Translations under genes and position numbers: made by a program
Shown here: one piece after another, positions 1-9,677 of the stretch
How positions within the stretch are numbered: the first letter of the stretch is position 1
Layout: each line of letters starts with the position of its first letter
From: Ferruginibacter sp.
GTDB taxonomy: Bacteria > Bacteroidota > Bacteroidia > Chitinophagales > Chitinophagaceae
Length of the DNA stretch: 49,109 nt
Assembly (NCBI GenBank): GCA_031377605.1
Contig: JANMFB010000277.1
Location: 1 to 49,109 of the forward strand
Direction of reading: 5' to 3'
Notes under the pieces: model-generated
Seen by the model: only the letters and a program-made list of their open reading frames with translations
What the model was told of the DNA's origin: nothing
The model's database searches: none

Positions 1-175
1 TATATGCTTTAAACCAAATAGTATCACCCGCAATATAACTTTGTCTATCGTAATGAATATAAATTTTCTCAGGAGTATAGTTAACACGGGTTTTTTCTAA
101 AAGCTCTTCGGGGGTTTGGCTATAAGCTATTTTAGAAAAAAGTAGCATAAATAGAATTGGTAGAATTTTTAACAT
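1..175 (-). CDS. Partial (N-terminus only) secreted MG2-domain / large outer-membrane-associated protein
   Basis: Manual translation from the ATG at 175 gives MLKILPILFMLLFSKIAYSQ...PEKIYIHYDRQSYIAGDTIWFKAY: a signal peptide plus an EKIYxHxD..Y..GDTIWFKAY motif common in Bacteroidota. Runs off the window edge. Confidence 0.65.
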   Translation of the reverse strand, partial: MLKILPILFMLLFSKIAYSQTPEELLEKTRVNYTPEKIYIHYDRQSYIAGDTIWFKAY

Positions 176-217
176 ACGTTTTTTTTTAAAAATAGCAATC
201 AATTGATTATTGAAAAG

Positions 218-1045
218 TTAAAACATTGTTATTTGGTAACTACCACTAGTTTGTTGTGTTTTATCAGGATCAACCGATTTAATATTTCTAATAGTGCACA
301 AGATACTTTCTTCTACTCTCGATGCTACTTCAACTTTTATTCCATTTGCATATTTGCTAAATAACTCTTTTACCAATTGTGGATCATTATTATCTTTCGA
401 CAAATGAGCTAAAAACAAATGTGTCATAAATGATGGCCGATGTTCCACAAACAAATCCAAGGCCTGCTTGTTGCTTAAATGACCATGCCCACCTCGAATT
501 CTATTTTTTAAGAAATCAGGATATTTTCCATTCTCTAACATTTCTTCATCATAATTTGCCTCTAAAAAAGCTGCATGACATTTTTTAAAATGATGAATCA
601 GATGTTCGCATGGAGCACCAATATCTGTAAATACACCCACCGTAATTTTATTGCCAGTAATGGTAAAACTAACAGGATCGGCAGCATCGTGTAATTTTGG
701 AAACCCTACAATGCTAAGTTTGCCAATAAGGATTGGTTCGTAAACATTGAAGTTTATACTAAAATTAGTTTTCAAATGATAACAACCCACTTTCGTTTTA
801 TCATTTACATAAACTGGCAATGAATATTTCTCGGCCAAGCCTGCAAGCCCTCTCACATGATCTATATGCTCATGAGAAACAAATATAGCTTTTACTTTGT
901 GCAAGGAAAGATTAAGCCGTTTCATGCGTCGTTCTATTTCTTTGCAAGACAAGCCTGCATCTATTAGTACAGCTTCGGTATCGTTACCAATGTAGTAACA
1001 ATTACCGTTGCTCCCGCTATTGAGTGATGAAATTTGTAAAGACAT
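218..1045 (-). CDS. MBL-fold metallo-hydrolase (YycJ/WalJ-like)
   Basis: SGSNGNC start, SHEHIDH (HxHxDH) motif, LEANYD, GHLSN and AHLS motifs. The likely start is MSLQISS at 1045 rather than 1096. Confidence 0.85.
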   Translation of the reverse strand: MSLQISSLNSGSNGNCYYIGNDTEAVLIDAGLSCKEIERRMKRLNLSLHKVKAIFVSHEHIDHVRGLAGLAEKYSLPVYVNDKTKVGCYHLKTNFSINFNVYEPILIGKLSIVGFPKLHDAADPVSFTITGNKITVGVFTDIGAPCEHLIHHFKKCHAAFLEANYDEEMLENGKYPDFLKNRIRGGHGHLSNKQALDLFVEHRPSFMTHLFLAHLSKDNNDPQLVKELFSKYANGIKVEVASRVEESILCTIRNIKSVDPDKTQQTSGSYQITMF

Positions 1046-1168
1046 TTGAGCAAAGAAAAGAAAAGTATTTGGTAGTTGGTATTGAATAGAAGTCAAAAAG
1101 TAGCGGCTATTCCAAAAAAAATCAACTAAGTAATTTTATACATTACTATAAGCTTATTTTTGCATTTC

Positions 1169-1768
1169 ATGATAGCCATAGAAAATGTTTTATTAAGCGA
1201 CCAAATTATAAACGACCAGTTTGTTTGCGACCTCACAAGCTGTAAAGGCGCTTGTTGCGTAGATGGAGATGCAGGCGCACCATTAAGCAACAAAGAACTT
1301 AAAGAAGTAGATGCCGTTTTTGCAGAAGTATTACCTTATCTGCGCAAAGAAGGGATTGATGAAATAAACAAGCAAGGGCGGTATGTGCACAACGAAGAAT
1401 TTGGATGGGTTACACCAACAATAGATAGCAAAATATGTGTATATGGTATTTTTGATGAGAATGGGATTGTAAAATGTGGCATAGAGCAAGCTTATCTCGA
1501 TGGGAAAACAAAATGGAAAAAACCAATTAGTTGCCATTTGTTCCCTGTAATAGTGAAGAAAAGTAAAGATGGTATTACAGAATTTGCAAACTATCAACCA
1601 AGGGAAGATCATTGTAAAGCTGCCTGTAGTTTAGGTAAAAAATTAAAAGTACCTGTATATCAATTTTTGAAAGAACCTCTGATAAGAAAATTTGGAGAAT
1701 CATTTTATGAAGCATTGGATGCGACTGCAAAACATATAAACGAAAGTAAAACAGCAAAGAAAAAATAA
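1169..1768 (+). CDS. DUF3109 family Cys-rich protein
   Basis: FVCDLxxCKGACCVxGDAGAPL and KPISCHLFP motifs; ATG at 1169. Confidence 0.8.
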   Translation: MIAIENVLLSDQIINDQFVCDLTSCKGACCVDGDAGAPLSNKELKEVDAVFAEVLPYLRKEGIDEINKQGRYVHNEEFGWVTPTIDSKICVYGIFDENGIVKCGIEQAYLDGKTKWKKPISCHLFPVIVKKSKDGITEFANYQPREDHCKAACSLGKKLKVPVYQFLKEPLIRKFGESFYEALDATAKHINESKTAKKK

Positions 1769-1773
1769 AAAAA

Positions 1774-2589
1774 ATGAAAATAGTAAGAGTTGGTTTTTTA
1801 GTAACGGTCTCAATAATATTGATACAAGCTTGCGCATTAAAAAAAGCAAAAATAGATAATGATTTAAAAAAATATTTTGATGAACAGAAAGTAGAAGGAT
1901 GCTTTACCATGCTTGATAATAGAGATGGCAGTATTACAATATACAATATGGCATTGGACACAACTAGATTCACACCTGCATCTACATTTAAAATTGCCAA
2001 CTCACTCATTGGTTTGGAGATTGGAAAAATTACCAGCGAAAAAATGATTATTAAATGGGATGGTGTAAAGAGAGACAACGAAGAATGGAATAAAGATATG
2101 GATATGACGGAAGCTTTTAAAGTAAGCTGTGTCCCTTATTACCAAGAAGTGGCAAGGCGCATCGGTAAAGATTCTATGAAATTATTTTTGGATACCCTTT
2201 CCTATGGCAATAAAAATATGAGTGGCTCAATAGATTCCTTTTGGTTAAACAATAAATTAAAAATTTCTCCAGATGAACAATTGGGGTTTCTAAAAAGATT
2301 ATATTTTGACCAATTACCTTTCAGAAAAAGTACGCAACAACAAGTAAGGGATGCCATGTTGCAAGAAGATAACACTACCTACAAATTGAGTTATAAAACT
2401 GGCTGGGGTGTAGATGAAACAAACAACCAGATTGGATGGCTTGTTGGCTGGGTAGAAGAAAACAAACATGTGTACTTTTTTGTGACATTGCTAAAAACGC
2501 CAAATAAAGATGTTGACTTTAAAACGATTAGATTGTCCATTACAAAAAATATTTTGAATCAATATGGCTTTTTAAAGGGAGAGAAGTAG
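1774..2589 (+). CDS. Class D beta-lactamase (OXA-like) / penicillin-binding transpeptidase, probable lipoprotein
   Basis: PASTFK (SxxK), SCV (SxV), YGN, FWL and KTG motifs; N-terminal IQAC lipobox-like signal. Confidence 0.85.
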   Translation: MKIVRVGFLVTVSIILIQACALKKAKIDNDLKKYFDEQKVEGCFTMLDNRDGSITIYNMALDTTRFTPASTFKIANSLIGLEIGKITSEKMIIKWDGVKRDNEEWNKDMDMTEAFKVSCVPYYQEVARRIGKDSMKLFLDTLSYGNKNMSGSIDSFWLNNKLKISPDEQLGFLKRLYFDQLPFRKSTQQQVRDAMLQEDNTTYKLSYKTGWGVDETNNQIGWLVGWVEENKHVYFFVTLLKTPNKDVDFKTIRLSITKNILNQYGFLKGEK

Positions 2590-2602
2590 TACACATTACC
2601 GT

Positions 2603-2623
2603 CCCTTCTCTTTCAGAGAAGGG
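2603..2623. repeat. GC-rich perfect hairpin CCCTTCTCT-ttc-AGAGAAGGG (REP-like or terminator)
   Basis: 9-bp perfect stem with a 3-nt loop just downstream of the beta-lactamase stop; no U-tract on the + strand. Confidence 0.6.
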
Positions 2624-2744
2624 TGACGTGAAGATTGTAGCGAATTTAAATATAAGGATGGAAGCTCTATTTTCTTATATTTTTAAAACGTTTATTCTTT
2701 CATTAACATCCTTTGCATTTGGATACACTAATTTGCAAACATAA

Positions 2745-4382
2745 TTGAACCTTTCATTTCAATATATTGAACTATTGTGGCTGTTATTGCTATTGCCGAT
2801 TATTACATTGGTATATTTTTGTGCGTTGTATAAAAAGAAAAAAGTAGCCAAGCTGATGGGTGATGCAGTTTTAGTAGAAGATCTCACTGCCAATTATAAT
2901 AAAAAATCTTACCCAAAAAAATTTTTAATACTATTCTTTGCTATGACTTTGATACTAATATCTCTGGCAAATTTGAGAACAAAAACTGGTTCAGAAAAAA
3001 TAAATAGAAATGGTATAGATGTAATGATAGCGATAGATGTGAGCAAAAGCATGCTTGCAAAAGATATACAACCAAACAGACTGGAGAGGGCAAAACAATT
3101 ACTGAATAAATTGATAGATAAGTTAAGCAATGATAGAATTGGCATTATAGTTTTTGCAGGAAAAGCATATTTACAAATGCCGCTAACGGCAGACCATGAG
3201 GCTGCAAAAATGTATTTATCAGCGGCATCTACAGAAACGGTACCGTCGCAAGGCACAGTAATAGGCGATGCTTTAAAAATGTGTTATGCAGCATTTAATG
3301 GCAAAGAAAAAAAATATAAAGCCGTTGTGCTAATAAGCGATGGGGAAGATCACGATGAAAATGCCATGCAAGTAGCTACAGAAATGGCACAGCAAGGAGT
3401 AGTAATAAACACCGTTGGCATTGGCTCCCCACAAGGCACTACTATTATTGATGAACTTACCGGTGAAGAAAAAAAAGATAACCAAGGTAATATTGTTATT
3501 ACAAAATTAAATGAACAAGCATTGGCGGATATTGCTTCAAAAGGAAATGGAGTTTATCAGTTGTATAACAATTCCGAAACAGTTGTGTCAAATCTCCAAA
3601 AGTCGTTAGCTATGATGGATACTAGGAATGTAGAAGATGAATCATTAGCAAATTATAAAAGCTGGTTTCAACTATTGTTGGGTTTTGCATTATTATTTTT
3701 AATTGTAGAATTTTTTATAAGCGAAGTGAGTAAGAAAAATAAGCATAGATTAAAATACATTACTGCTACTCTTTTAATATTTTGTAACAGTTCATCATTT
3801 GCCCAGGCTGAAAATGAAACTATAAAAAAAGGAAATGATGCCTATAAAAAAAGTGATTTTGAAACTGCCATAAAAGAATACCAACTTGCTGCTGATAAAA
3901 ATAAAAAAGGAACTATTGCACAGTACAACCTTGGTAATGCACTGTACAAGGCCGATAAAAAAGAAGAAGCGGTAATTTCCTATGATAAAGTAGTAAAAGA
4001 AGCAGTAAAACCTGCAGACAAAAGCAATGCACTTTACAACAAAGGCGTAGCCTTACAAACAAATAAAAAATTACAAGAAAGTATTGATGCTTATAAAAAA
4101 GCTTTATTACAAGATGCTACCAATGCAGATGCAAGGCATAACTTGCAACTTGCTATGAAACAACAAAAACAAGAAGAGCAAGAAAAAAAGGAGCAAGATG
4201 ACAAAAAGAACGATAATAAAGATAAAAAAGACGAAAAGGAACCCAAACCTCAACCAAGTAATATTTCTAAAAAAGACGCTGAGCAAAAGCTAAATGCCTT
4301 ACAACAAAAAGAAAAAGAACTGCAAGATAAATTACACAAAGTAAGTGCCGCAAGCCCTAATAAGCAGGAGAAGGATTGGTAG
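2745..4382 (+). CDS. VWA domain + TPR protein (BatB-BatC-like fusion)
   Basis: N-terminal TM helices, DVSKS MIDAS motif, ISDGEDH, a TM segment, TPR repeats (YNLGNALYK, YNKGVAL), a K/Q/D-rich tail and a KDW terminus; TTG start. Confidence 0.8.
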   Translation: MNLSFQYIELLWLLLLLPIITLVYFCALYKKKKVAKLMGDAVLVEDLTANYNKKSYPKKFLILFFAMTLILISLANLRTKTGSEKINRNGIDVMIAIDVSKSMLAKDIQPNRLERAKQLLNKLIDKLSNDRIGIIVFAGKAYLQMPLTADHEAAKMYLSAASTETVPSQGTVIGDALKMCYAAFNGKEKKYKAVVLISDGEDHDENAMQVATEMAQQGVVINTVGIGSPQGTTIIDELTGEEKKDNQGNIVITKLNEQALADIASKGNGVYQLYNNSETVVSNLQKSLAMMDTRNVEDESLANYKSWFQLLLGFALLFLIVEFFISEVSKKNKHRLKYITATLLIFCNSSSFAQAENETIKKGNDAYKKSDFETAIKEYQLAADKNKKGTIAQYNLGNALYKADKKEEAVISYDKVVKEAVKPADKSNALYNKGVALQTNKKLQESIDAYKKALLQDATNADARHNLQLAMKQQKQEEQEKKEQDDKKNDNKDKKDEKEPKPQPSNISKKDAEQKLNALQQKEKELQDKLHKVSAASPNKQEKDW

Positions 4383-4588
4383 ATTTTTGTTTACCTTATC
4401 TTTTGATTCTACCCAATAAATTTCAACACTTTTGAGCAAGAAACGACTTGACAATGTATTGTAAAGAAAGCATAATACAAAAGCCCTATAAATAATAACA
4501 TTTTAAACAAAATATAAAACTGTTCGAATATTAATCATTTACACAAACGCTTCCCAAACTTTCTCCTCCGCATCCTACCTACCCTTCG

Positions 4589-4596
4589 TATATTTG
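4589..4596 (+). promoter_or_regulatory. Bacteroidota sigma-70 -7 element upstream of ispG
   Basis: TATATTTG matches TAnnTTTG, 25 nt before the ATG. Confidence 0.6.
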
Positions 4597-4621
4597 CAAC
4601 TGATTTAATTATTAAAATTTT

Positions 4622-6691
4622 ATGCAATCTTACACAGAATCTTTAACCACATACAAGCGTTTAAAAACCAGAGAAGTAAAAATAGGAGCCCTATTACTTG
4701 GGGGTAACAATCCTGTGCGTATTCAAACGATGACAACTACAGATACGATGGATACCGCAGCAACAGTAGCGCAAACCATTAGGTGTATAGAAGCAGGTGC
4801 AGAGCTAGTGCGCATCACTGCACCATCGAAAAACGAAGCAGAAAATTTACAGAATATTAAAGATGAATTAAACAAGCTTGGCTATCATATTCCGCTTGTG
4901 GCTGATATACATTTTACACCCAATGCTGCAGAGATAGCAGCAAAAATTGTAGAGAAAGTAAGAGTGAACCCAGGAAACTATGTAGACAAGAAAAAATTTG
5001 AACAAATAGAATATACTGATGCCGAATATGCAGAAGAAATAGAGAGAATTAGAGATCGTTTTACACCGCTTGTGTTAATTTGTAAAGAACATGGAACTGC
5101 CATGCGCATAGGTACAAATCATGGTAGCCTTAGCGATAGAATTATGAGCAGGTATGGAGATACTGCTATTGGTATGGTAGAAAGTGCCATGGAGTTTCTA
5201 CGAATTGCTCGCAGCTTAGATTACCACAATATCGTTTTAAGCATGAAGAGTAGCAATCCGCTTGTAATGGTGCAAGCATATCGGTTGCTCATTACACATA
5301 TGCAAGAAGAATTTGGCGAATGTTATCCGTTGCACCTTGGTGTAACTGAAGCAGGAGATGGCGAAGATGGAAGAATAAAATCTGCTATTGGTATTGGCAG
5401 TTTAATGGAAGATGGTATTGGCGATACAATACGGGTGAGCTTAACAGAAGATCCAGAGTTTGAAATTCCTGTTTGCAAAGATTTGGTGGAGAGGTATGAA
5501 ATGGGCAGTTCACAATTCACAGTTCACAGTTCACAGTTGGCAGTTGATAGTGTACAGGAAACAGTTGGCAGTGTGCAAAATAATGAAACTTCAAAACTTT
5601 CAACTATCAGCCATCAACTATCAACTATCAACTTATGCTACTCTCCCTTTGAATATAAAAGACACACAACAACAGCAGTAAAAAATATTGGTGGTAAAAA
5701 TGTACCAGTAGTATTTGCAGATTTTATGATGGCTAAAAGCATTGTTGCAGCTGACTTAGAAGTGATAGGTTATAAATACGATGATGCTACGGACAAATGG
5801 AATATTGGAGATGCTGCGGCAGATTATTTGTACACAGCAGATAAATTAATAAACTTTGCATTGCCTGGCACACTTAATTTTATTTGTAATTATAAGATAT
5901 GGGAAGCAGCTACAACAGATACACAAAAATGTTTCCCCCTATATACTGCCTATGAATTTATCGGCGCAATGAAAATACACGATACATTAAATTTTGTTGG
6001 TGTAAATGTAGATGATGACAACAATGCGCTTATTAAAAAAATAGCTGACCAAAATAATATAGTGCTTTGCATTTATTCTGAAAGGAAAAACGCTATGCAG
6101 CAAATGAGGATTTTTGTAAACGAATTGATGAGCAAAAAAATAAATTGCCCAATTATAATTTCTGTTGAAAGTTCTCAAAACAATATTGATTCACAATTAA
6201 TTTCTTTTAGTGCAACAGCTGGCGGATTGTTGTTAGATGGAATGGGTGATGGTATTTGGCTCATGAATGACCCCACAAAAATTACCAATGATGTAATGAG
6301 CGGCAGAACGTACTTACCTATAAAAAATAACCATCAGTTTTTAAATAATACCTCATTTTCTATTTTGCAGGCTGTACGAACCCGTATTTCCAAAACAGAA
6401 TACATCAGTTGCCCAAGCTGTGGTAGGACGTTGTTTGATTTACAAGAAACTACATCTAAAATAAGAAATGTAACCAACCATCTTAAAGGATTAAAGATTG
6501 CCATAATGGGCTGTATTGTAAATGGCCCAGGAGAAATGGCTGATGCAGATTTTGGCTATGTAGGTAGCGGTACTGACAAAATAACTTTGTACAAAGGAAA
6601 AGAAGTGATGAAAAAGAACATCAGTAGTGAAATTGCAGTAGATGAATTAATTCTTTTGTTGAAAGAAAGTGGTGTATGGATAGATGCCTAG
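4622..6691 (+). CDS. ispG: (E)-4-hydroxy-3-methylbut-2-enyl-diphosphate synthase, long form
   Basis: PLVADIHF, RVNPGN, RIGTNHGSLS, HLGVTEAG, SCPSCGRT and MGCIVNGPGE motifs, with an extra middle domain. Confidence 0.97.
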   Translation: MQSYTESLTTYKRLKTREVKIGALLLGGNNPVRIQTMTTTDTMDTAATVAQTIRCIEAGAELVRITAPSKNEAENLQNIKDELNKLGYHIPLVADIHFTPNAAEIAAKIVEKVRVNPGNYVDKKKFEQIEYTDAEYAEEIERIRDRFTPLVLICKEHGTAMRIGTNHGSLSDRIMSRYGDTAIGMVESAMEFLRIARSLDYHNIVLSMKSSNPLVMVQAYRLLITHMQEEFGECYPLHLGVTEAGDGEDGRIKSAIGIGSLMEDGIGDTIRVSLTEDPEFEIPVCKDLVERYEMGSSQFTVHSSQLAVDSVQETVGSVQNNETSKLSTISHQLSTINLCYSPFEYKRHTTTAVKNIGGKNVPVVFADFMMAKSIVAADLEVIGYKYDDATDKWNIGDAAADYLYTADKLINFALPGTLNFICNYKIWEAATTDTQKCFPLYTAYEFIGAMKIHDTLNFVGVNVDDDNNALIKKIADQNNIVLCIYSERKNAMQQMRIFVNELMSKKINCPIIISVESSQNNIDSQLISFSATAGGLLLDGMGDGIWLMNDPTKITNDVMSGRTYLPIKNNHQFLNNTSFSILQAVRTRISKTEYISCPSCGRTLFDLQETTSKIRNVTNHLKGLKIAIMGCIVNGPGEMADADFGYVGSGTDKITLYKGKEVMKKNISSEIAVDELILLLKESGVWIDA
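5504..5636. repeat. In-frame inverted pair of degenerate 7-nt tandem arrays inside ispG
   Basis: Left arm: GGCAGTT CACAATT CACAGTT CACAGTT CACAGTT GGCAGTT GATAGTG TACAGGA AACAGTT GGCAGTG (5504-5573). Right arm: AACTTTC AACTATC AGCCATC AACTATC AACTATC AACTTAT (5595-5636). Confidence 0.9.
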
Positions 6692-6758
6692 GATTTTACC
6701 ACCCAAACAAAAAGTCGATAAGTTTTCATTGGTACTATAGGTTTACCATTATTATAAC

Positions 6759-6876
6759 TATGTGTCTGACAGCTTACTTGAAACATCGAAAAATTCAAAC
6801 CTCTTAGCTGTTATATGTGTCTGACAGCTTACTTGAAACAACGGAAAATTCAAACCTCTTAGCTGTCTGACACATA
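6759..6876. repeat. 55-bp tandem duplication of a palindromic REP/MITE-like element
   Basis: TATGTGTCTGACAGCTTACTTGAAACA...CCTCTTAGCTGT starts at both 6759 and 6814. The second copy closes with AGCTGTCTGACACATA, a 15/16 inverted match to its own start. Confidence 0.85.
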
Positions 6877-7002
6877 CAAGCGAGGGATTAAACCTTGCAA
6901 AATAAAATAATATATTATTTTTGTAACTTTCAATTCCAACTGTGCGTATAACAAGAAATAAATAACAAAATGTAATCTTTTTATAACCTGTTTACCAACT
7001 GC

Positions 7003-7488
7003 ATGACCGAAAAAGACTATAACGAATGTGTAAAATTATATGCAGATAATGTATATCGTTTCATCTTAAAGAATCTTAAAAACAAAGAAGATTCTAAAGA
7101 TGTGGTGCAGACAACTTTTGAGAAAATGTGGGTGAATAGGCTAACGGTTGATAATGATAAATGTAAGAGTTTTCTATTTACGGTGGCATATAACTCAATG
7201 ATTGATCATATTAGAAAAAATAAAAGAACTGTATTAAAAGAGGATTTTTCTGAAACTGCTTTGGGTAGTAGTAACCAAGCCTACAATACAAAAAGAATTT
7301 TACAAGAAGCATTGGGCAAGTTGAGTGAGAGAGATAGAAGTTTGGTTATGCTAAAAGATTATGAAGGATATAACTATGCAGAAATTGGAGAAATAACGCA
7401 ATTAAATGAAAGCCAAGTGAAAGTGTATTTGCATAGGGCAAGATTACAATTGAAAGAATATATTGTGAAGGTAGAAAATGTGATTTAA
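7003..7488 (+). CDS. ECF-type RNA polymerase sigma factor
   Basis: Region 2 (DVVQTTFEKMW) and region 4 (GYNYAEIGEITQLNESQVKVYLHRAR); 161 aa. Confidence 0.92.
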   Translation: MTEKDYNECVKLYADNVYRFILKNLKNKEDSKDVVQTTFEKMWVNRLTVDNDKCKSFLFTVAYNSMIDHIRKNKRTVLKEDFSETALGSSNQAYNTKRILQEALGKLSERDRSLVMLKDYEGYNYAEIGEITQLNESQVKVYLHRARLQLKEYIVKVENVI

Positions 7489-7618
7489 AGTTTTACAGAA
7501 CTGCAAAGACGCAAAGACCCTGAGTGGTAGAAATAAATAATTTAAATCAAATAATTATAAAAATATAATCGTTGGATGTTGGCGGCAAAATCGCTCAAGT
7601 AAAAATTAAAATATAAAA

Positions 7619-8737
7619 ATGCTCATTAACCGAAATAATTACGAAGACTTTTTTCTGCTTTATGCAGATGATGAGCTGAGTGCATATGAGCGTGAGGCAG
7701 TAGAAAAATTTGTGACTGTAAACGAAGATTTGAGGGTGGAATTAGAAATGATTCAAGCAGCTATTTTAACACCTGACGAAATAACGCTTACCGACAAAAG
7801 CTTTTTATATAAAGAAACTATTTTTAATACTGAATTTCAAGAAAAGTTACTATTAAAACTAGATGATGAATTATCAATAAATGAGTCGGCAGATATAGAT
7901 TCGTTACTGCAAAAAAACCGCAAAGTACAAACTGAGTATAATCAGCTTCTAAAAGCAAAATTAGACGCCTGCGAAAAAATAATTTTTCAAGAAAAGCATT
8001 TGTTATATAAAAAAGAAAAAGACAATGTAGTAATATTTGGTTACTTAAGATGGGCTGCTGCAGCTATTATTATTGGCATTGCATTATTTACAGGAATAAA
8101 ATTATACAACAATAAAAATGATCGTGAATCAGAATTAGTAATTAATCCTATAAAATCAATAAAGCCAACTAAAAATATAAATGAAGATGAGAAAAAAATG
8201 CTTGTTGAAAATGTAATCGAAAAAACGGTAGCAGTAAGAAATAATATCAAAACAAAATCAACCAACAATAAATTAATCATTGATGATAAAATAAAAAATA
8301 ACTCAAAAAATATTGTAACAAATACAAAAGACAAACGTATAATAAACAATAACAGCATCAATGAATTAAAAGAACTTAAAAACAACAATAACCAGTTTAT
8401 AGCAAAAGAGGATAGAATAAAACTTTTAGAAAAATTAGTGCCAAAAGAACTTACAAAAGAGAACGTAGTTATAGCTAAAAATAATTTGAAAGTAGTAAGT
8501 AAGATTGAAGAAAATATAAAACCTTTAGAAGATACATATAAAGACGCAGTGGCAGTAAACAATATAAGTGAAGAAGATAAAAATGAAAATAAAATTCTTT
8601 ACATGAGTGAGGAAAATGTAAAAAAATCTAAAGTGGGAGGTTTTTTTAGAAAAATAAAAAGATTTGTAGAACGTACAGCAAATGTAAAAACAGGAAACAC
8701 ATTACAAATAGCAGGCTTTGAAATAGCTGCAAAATAA
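7619..8737 (+). CDS. Putative anti-sigma-like single-pass membrane protein
   Basis: Follows the ECF sigma gene; INRNNYEDFFLLYADDELS N-terminus, TM segment WAAAAIIIGIALF and a low-complexity K/N-rich C-terminal region. Confidence 0.6.
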   Translation: MLINRNNYEDFFLLYADDELSAYEREAVEKFVTVNEDLRVELEMIQAAILTPDEITLTDKSFLYKETIFNTEFQEKLLLKLDDELSINESADIDSLLQKNRKVQTEYNQLLKAKLDACEKIIFQEKHLLYKKEKDNVVIFGYLRWAAAAIIIGIALFTGIKLYNNKNDRESELVINPIKSIKPTKNINEDEKKMLVENVIEKTVAVRNNIKTKSTNNKLIIDDKIKNNSKNIVTNTKDKRIINNNSINELKELKNNNNQFIAKEDRIKLLEKLVPKELTKENVVIAKNNLKVVSKIEENIKPLEDTYKDAVAVNNISEEDKNENKILYMSEENVKKSKVGGFFRKIKRFVERTANVKTGNTLQIAGFEIAAK

Positions 8738-8767
8738 TCAACACAATTTATAATTAAAACTAAGAAA

Positions 8768-9655
8768 ATGAAAAAGCTTTATTTTTTAGCGGCTCTTTGC
8801 GCTTTCACTTCAACAATTTTTGCTCAGCAAAAATCCGAAACCGATTCAACCATTGTTAAAAAAAGCAATAACGATACTATTCGTATTGGTAGCATTCTTA
8901 TCATTAAAAAAAATAAAAGAAGCAACAATGATTCCATGACTATTATTAAAGATGGTAGCGAAGTAAAACGAAATAAAAAAACCAGTACCAACTATTTTAT
9001 TGTTGATGTAGGTTTTGCAAATTGGGATGATCAAACCAACTATTCTCCTACTCCATCAAATATCATAAATAGGCCCGGCACGCCAGGTTTTAATGGAGAA
9101 GATTTAAAATTGAGAGGCGGTAAAAGCGCCAATGTGAATCTTTGGATTTTTATGCAAAAAATTAAATTGGCAAAAGAGAACGTAAATCTAAAATATGGAT
9201 TGGGCGTTGAATGGCATAATTATAATTTTCGTTCGCAAACTAGCTTTAGAGAATCTGGCATATTGCCAAACGGCTCAGGCTTAGGAACAAACGCACCTTT
9301 CATTTTTAGAGATTCTATTTCCTTCAGCAAAAACAAATTAAATCTTAAATATGTATCTGTTCCGTTGATGTTAAACTTTGCTACCAATAAGAAAAAAGGA
9401 ACCCCAAGATTGAGTGCAAGTATTGGTGTAAGTGCAGGTTATTTAATTAGAGAAAGGAATAAGCAAAATAGCAACGATAGAGGTAAGCAAAAAAATCAAG
9501 GGGACTATGATTTGGAACGCTTTAAATTTAGTTATATAGGAGAGCTTGGGCTAGGCCCGGTAAGGTTATACGGTTCTTACAGTCCTAAATCAATTTTTGA
9601 AAAGGGTTTAAATATTCGTCCATATGCTTTGGGAGTAAGATTTAGCAATTGGTAA
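8768..9655 (+). CDS. Outer membrane beta-barrel protein
   Basis: Signal peptide, alternating beta-strand pattern (KYVSVPLMLNF, YALGVRF) and an aromatic C-terminus. Confidence 0.7.
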   Translation: MKKLYFLAALCAFTSTIFAQQKSETDSTIVKKSNNDTIRIGSILIIKKNKRSNNDSMTIIKDGSEVKRNKKTSTNYFIVDVGFANWDDQTNYSPTPSNIINRPGTPGFNGEDLKLRGGKSANVNLWIFMQKIKLAKENVNLKYGLGVEWHNYNFRSQTSFRESGILPNGSGLGTNAPFIFRDSISFSKNKLNLKYVSVPLMLNFATNKKKGTPRLSASIGVSAGYLIRERNKQNSNDRGKQKNQGDYDLERFKFSYIGELGLGPVRLYGSYSPKSIFEKGLNIRPYALGVRFSNW

Positions 9656-9677
9656 TTCCAATAAAGAATAAATTAAT

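Noticed and set aside
5504-5636. Inteins or self-splicing introns as the explanation for the ispG and pyrD inserts
   Set aside because: The inserts are far too short and lack intein terminal motifs (C/S...HN) or recognisable group I/II features.
5640-6360. Extra middle domain of IspG as a novelty
   Set aside because: Long three-domain IspG is already known from plants, Chlamydia and Bacteroidota; only the repeat insert is unusual.
6759-6876. Possible CRISPR array
   Set aside because: Only two units, the intervening sequence is itself duplicated (no unique spacers), and there are no cas genes.
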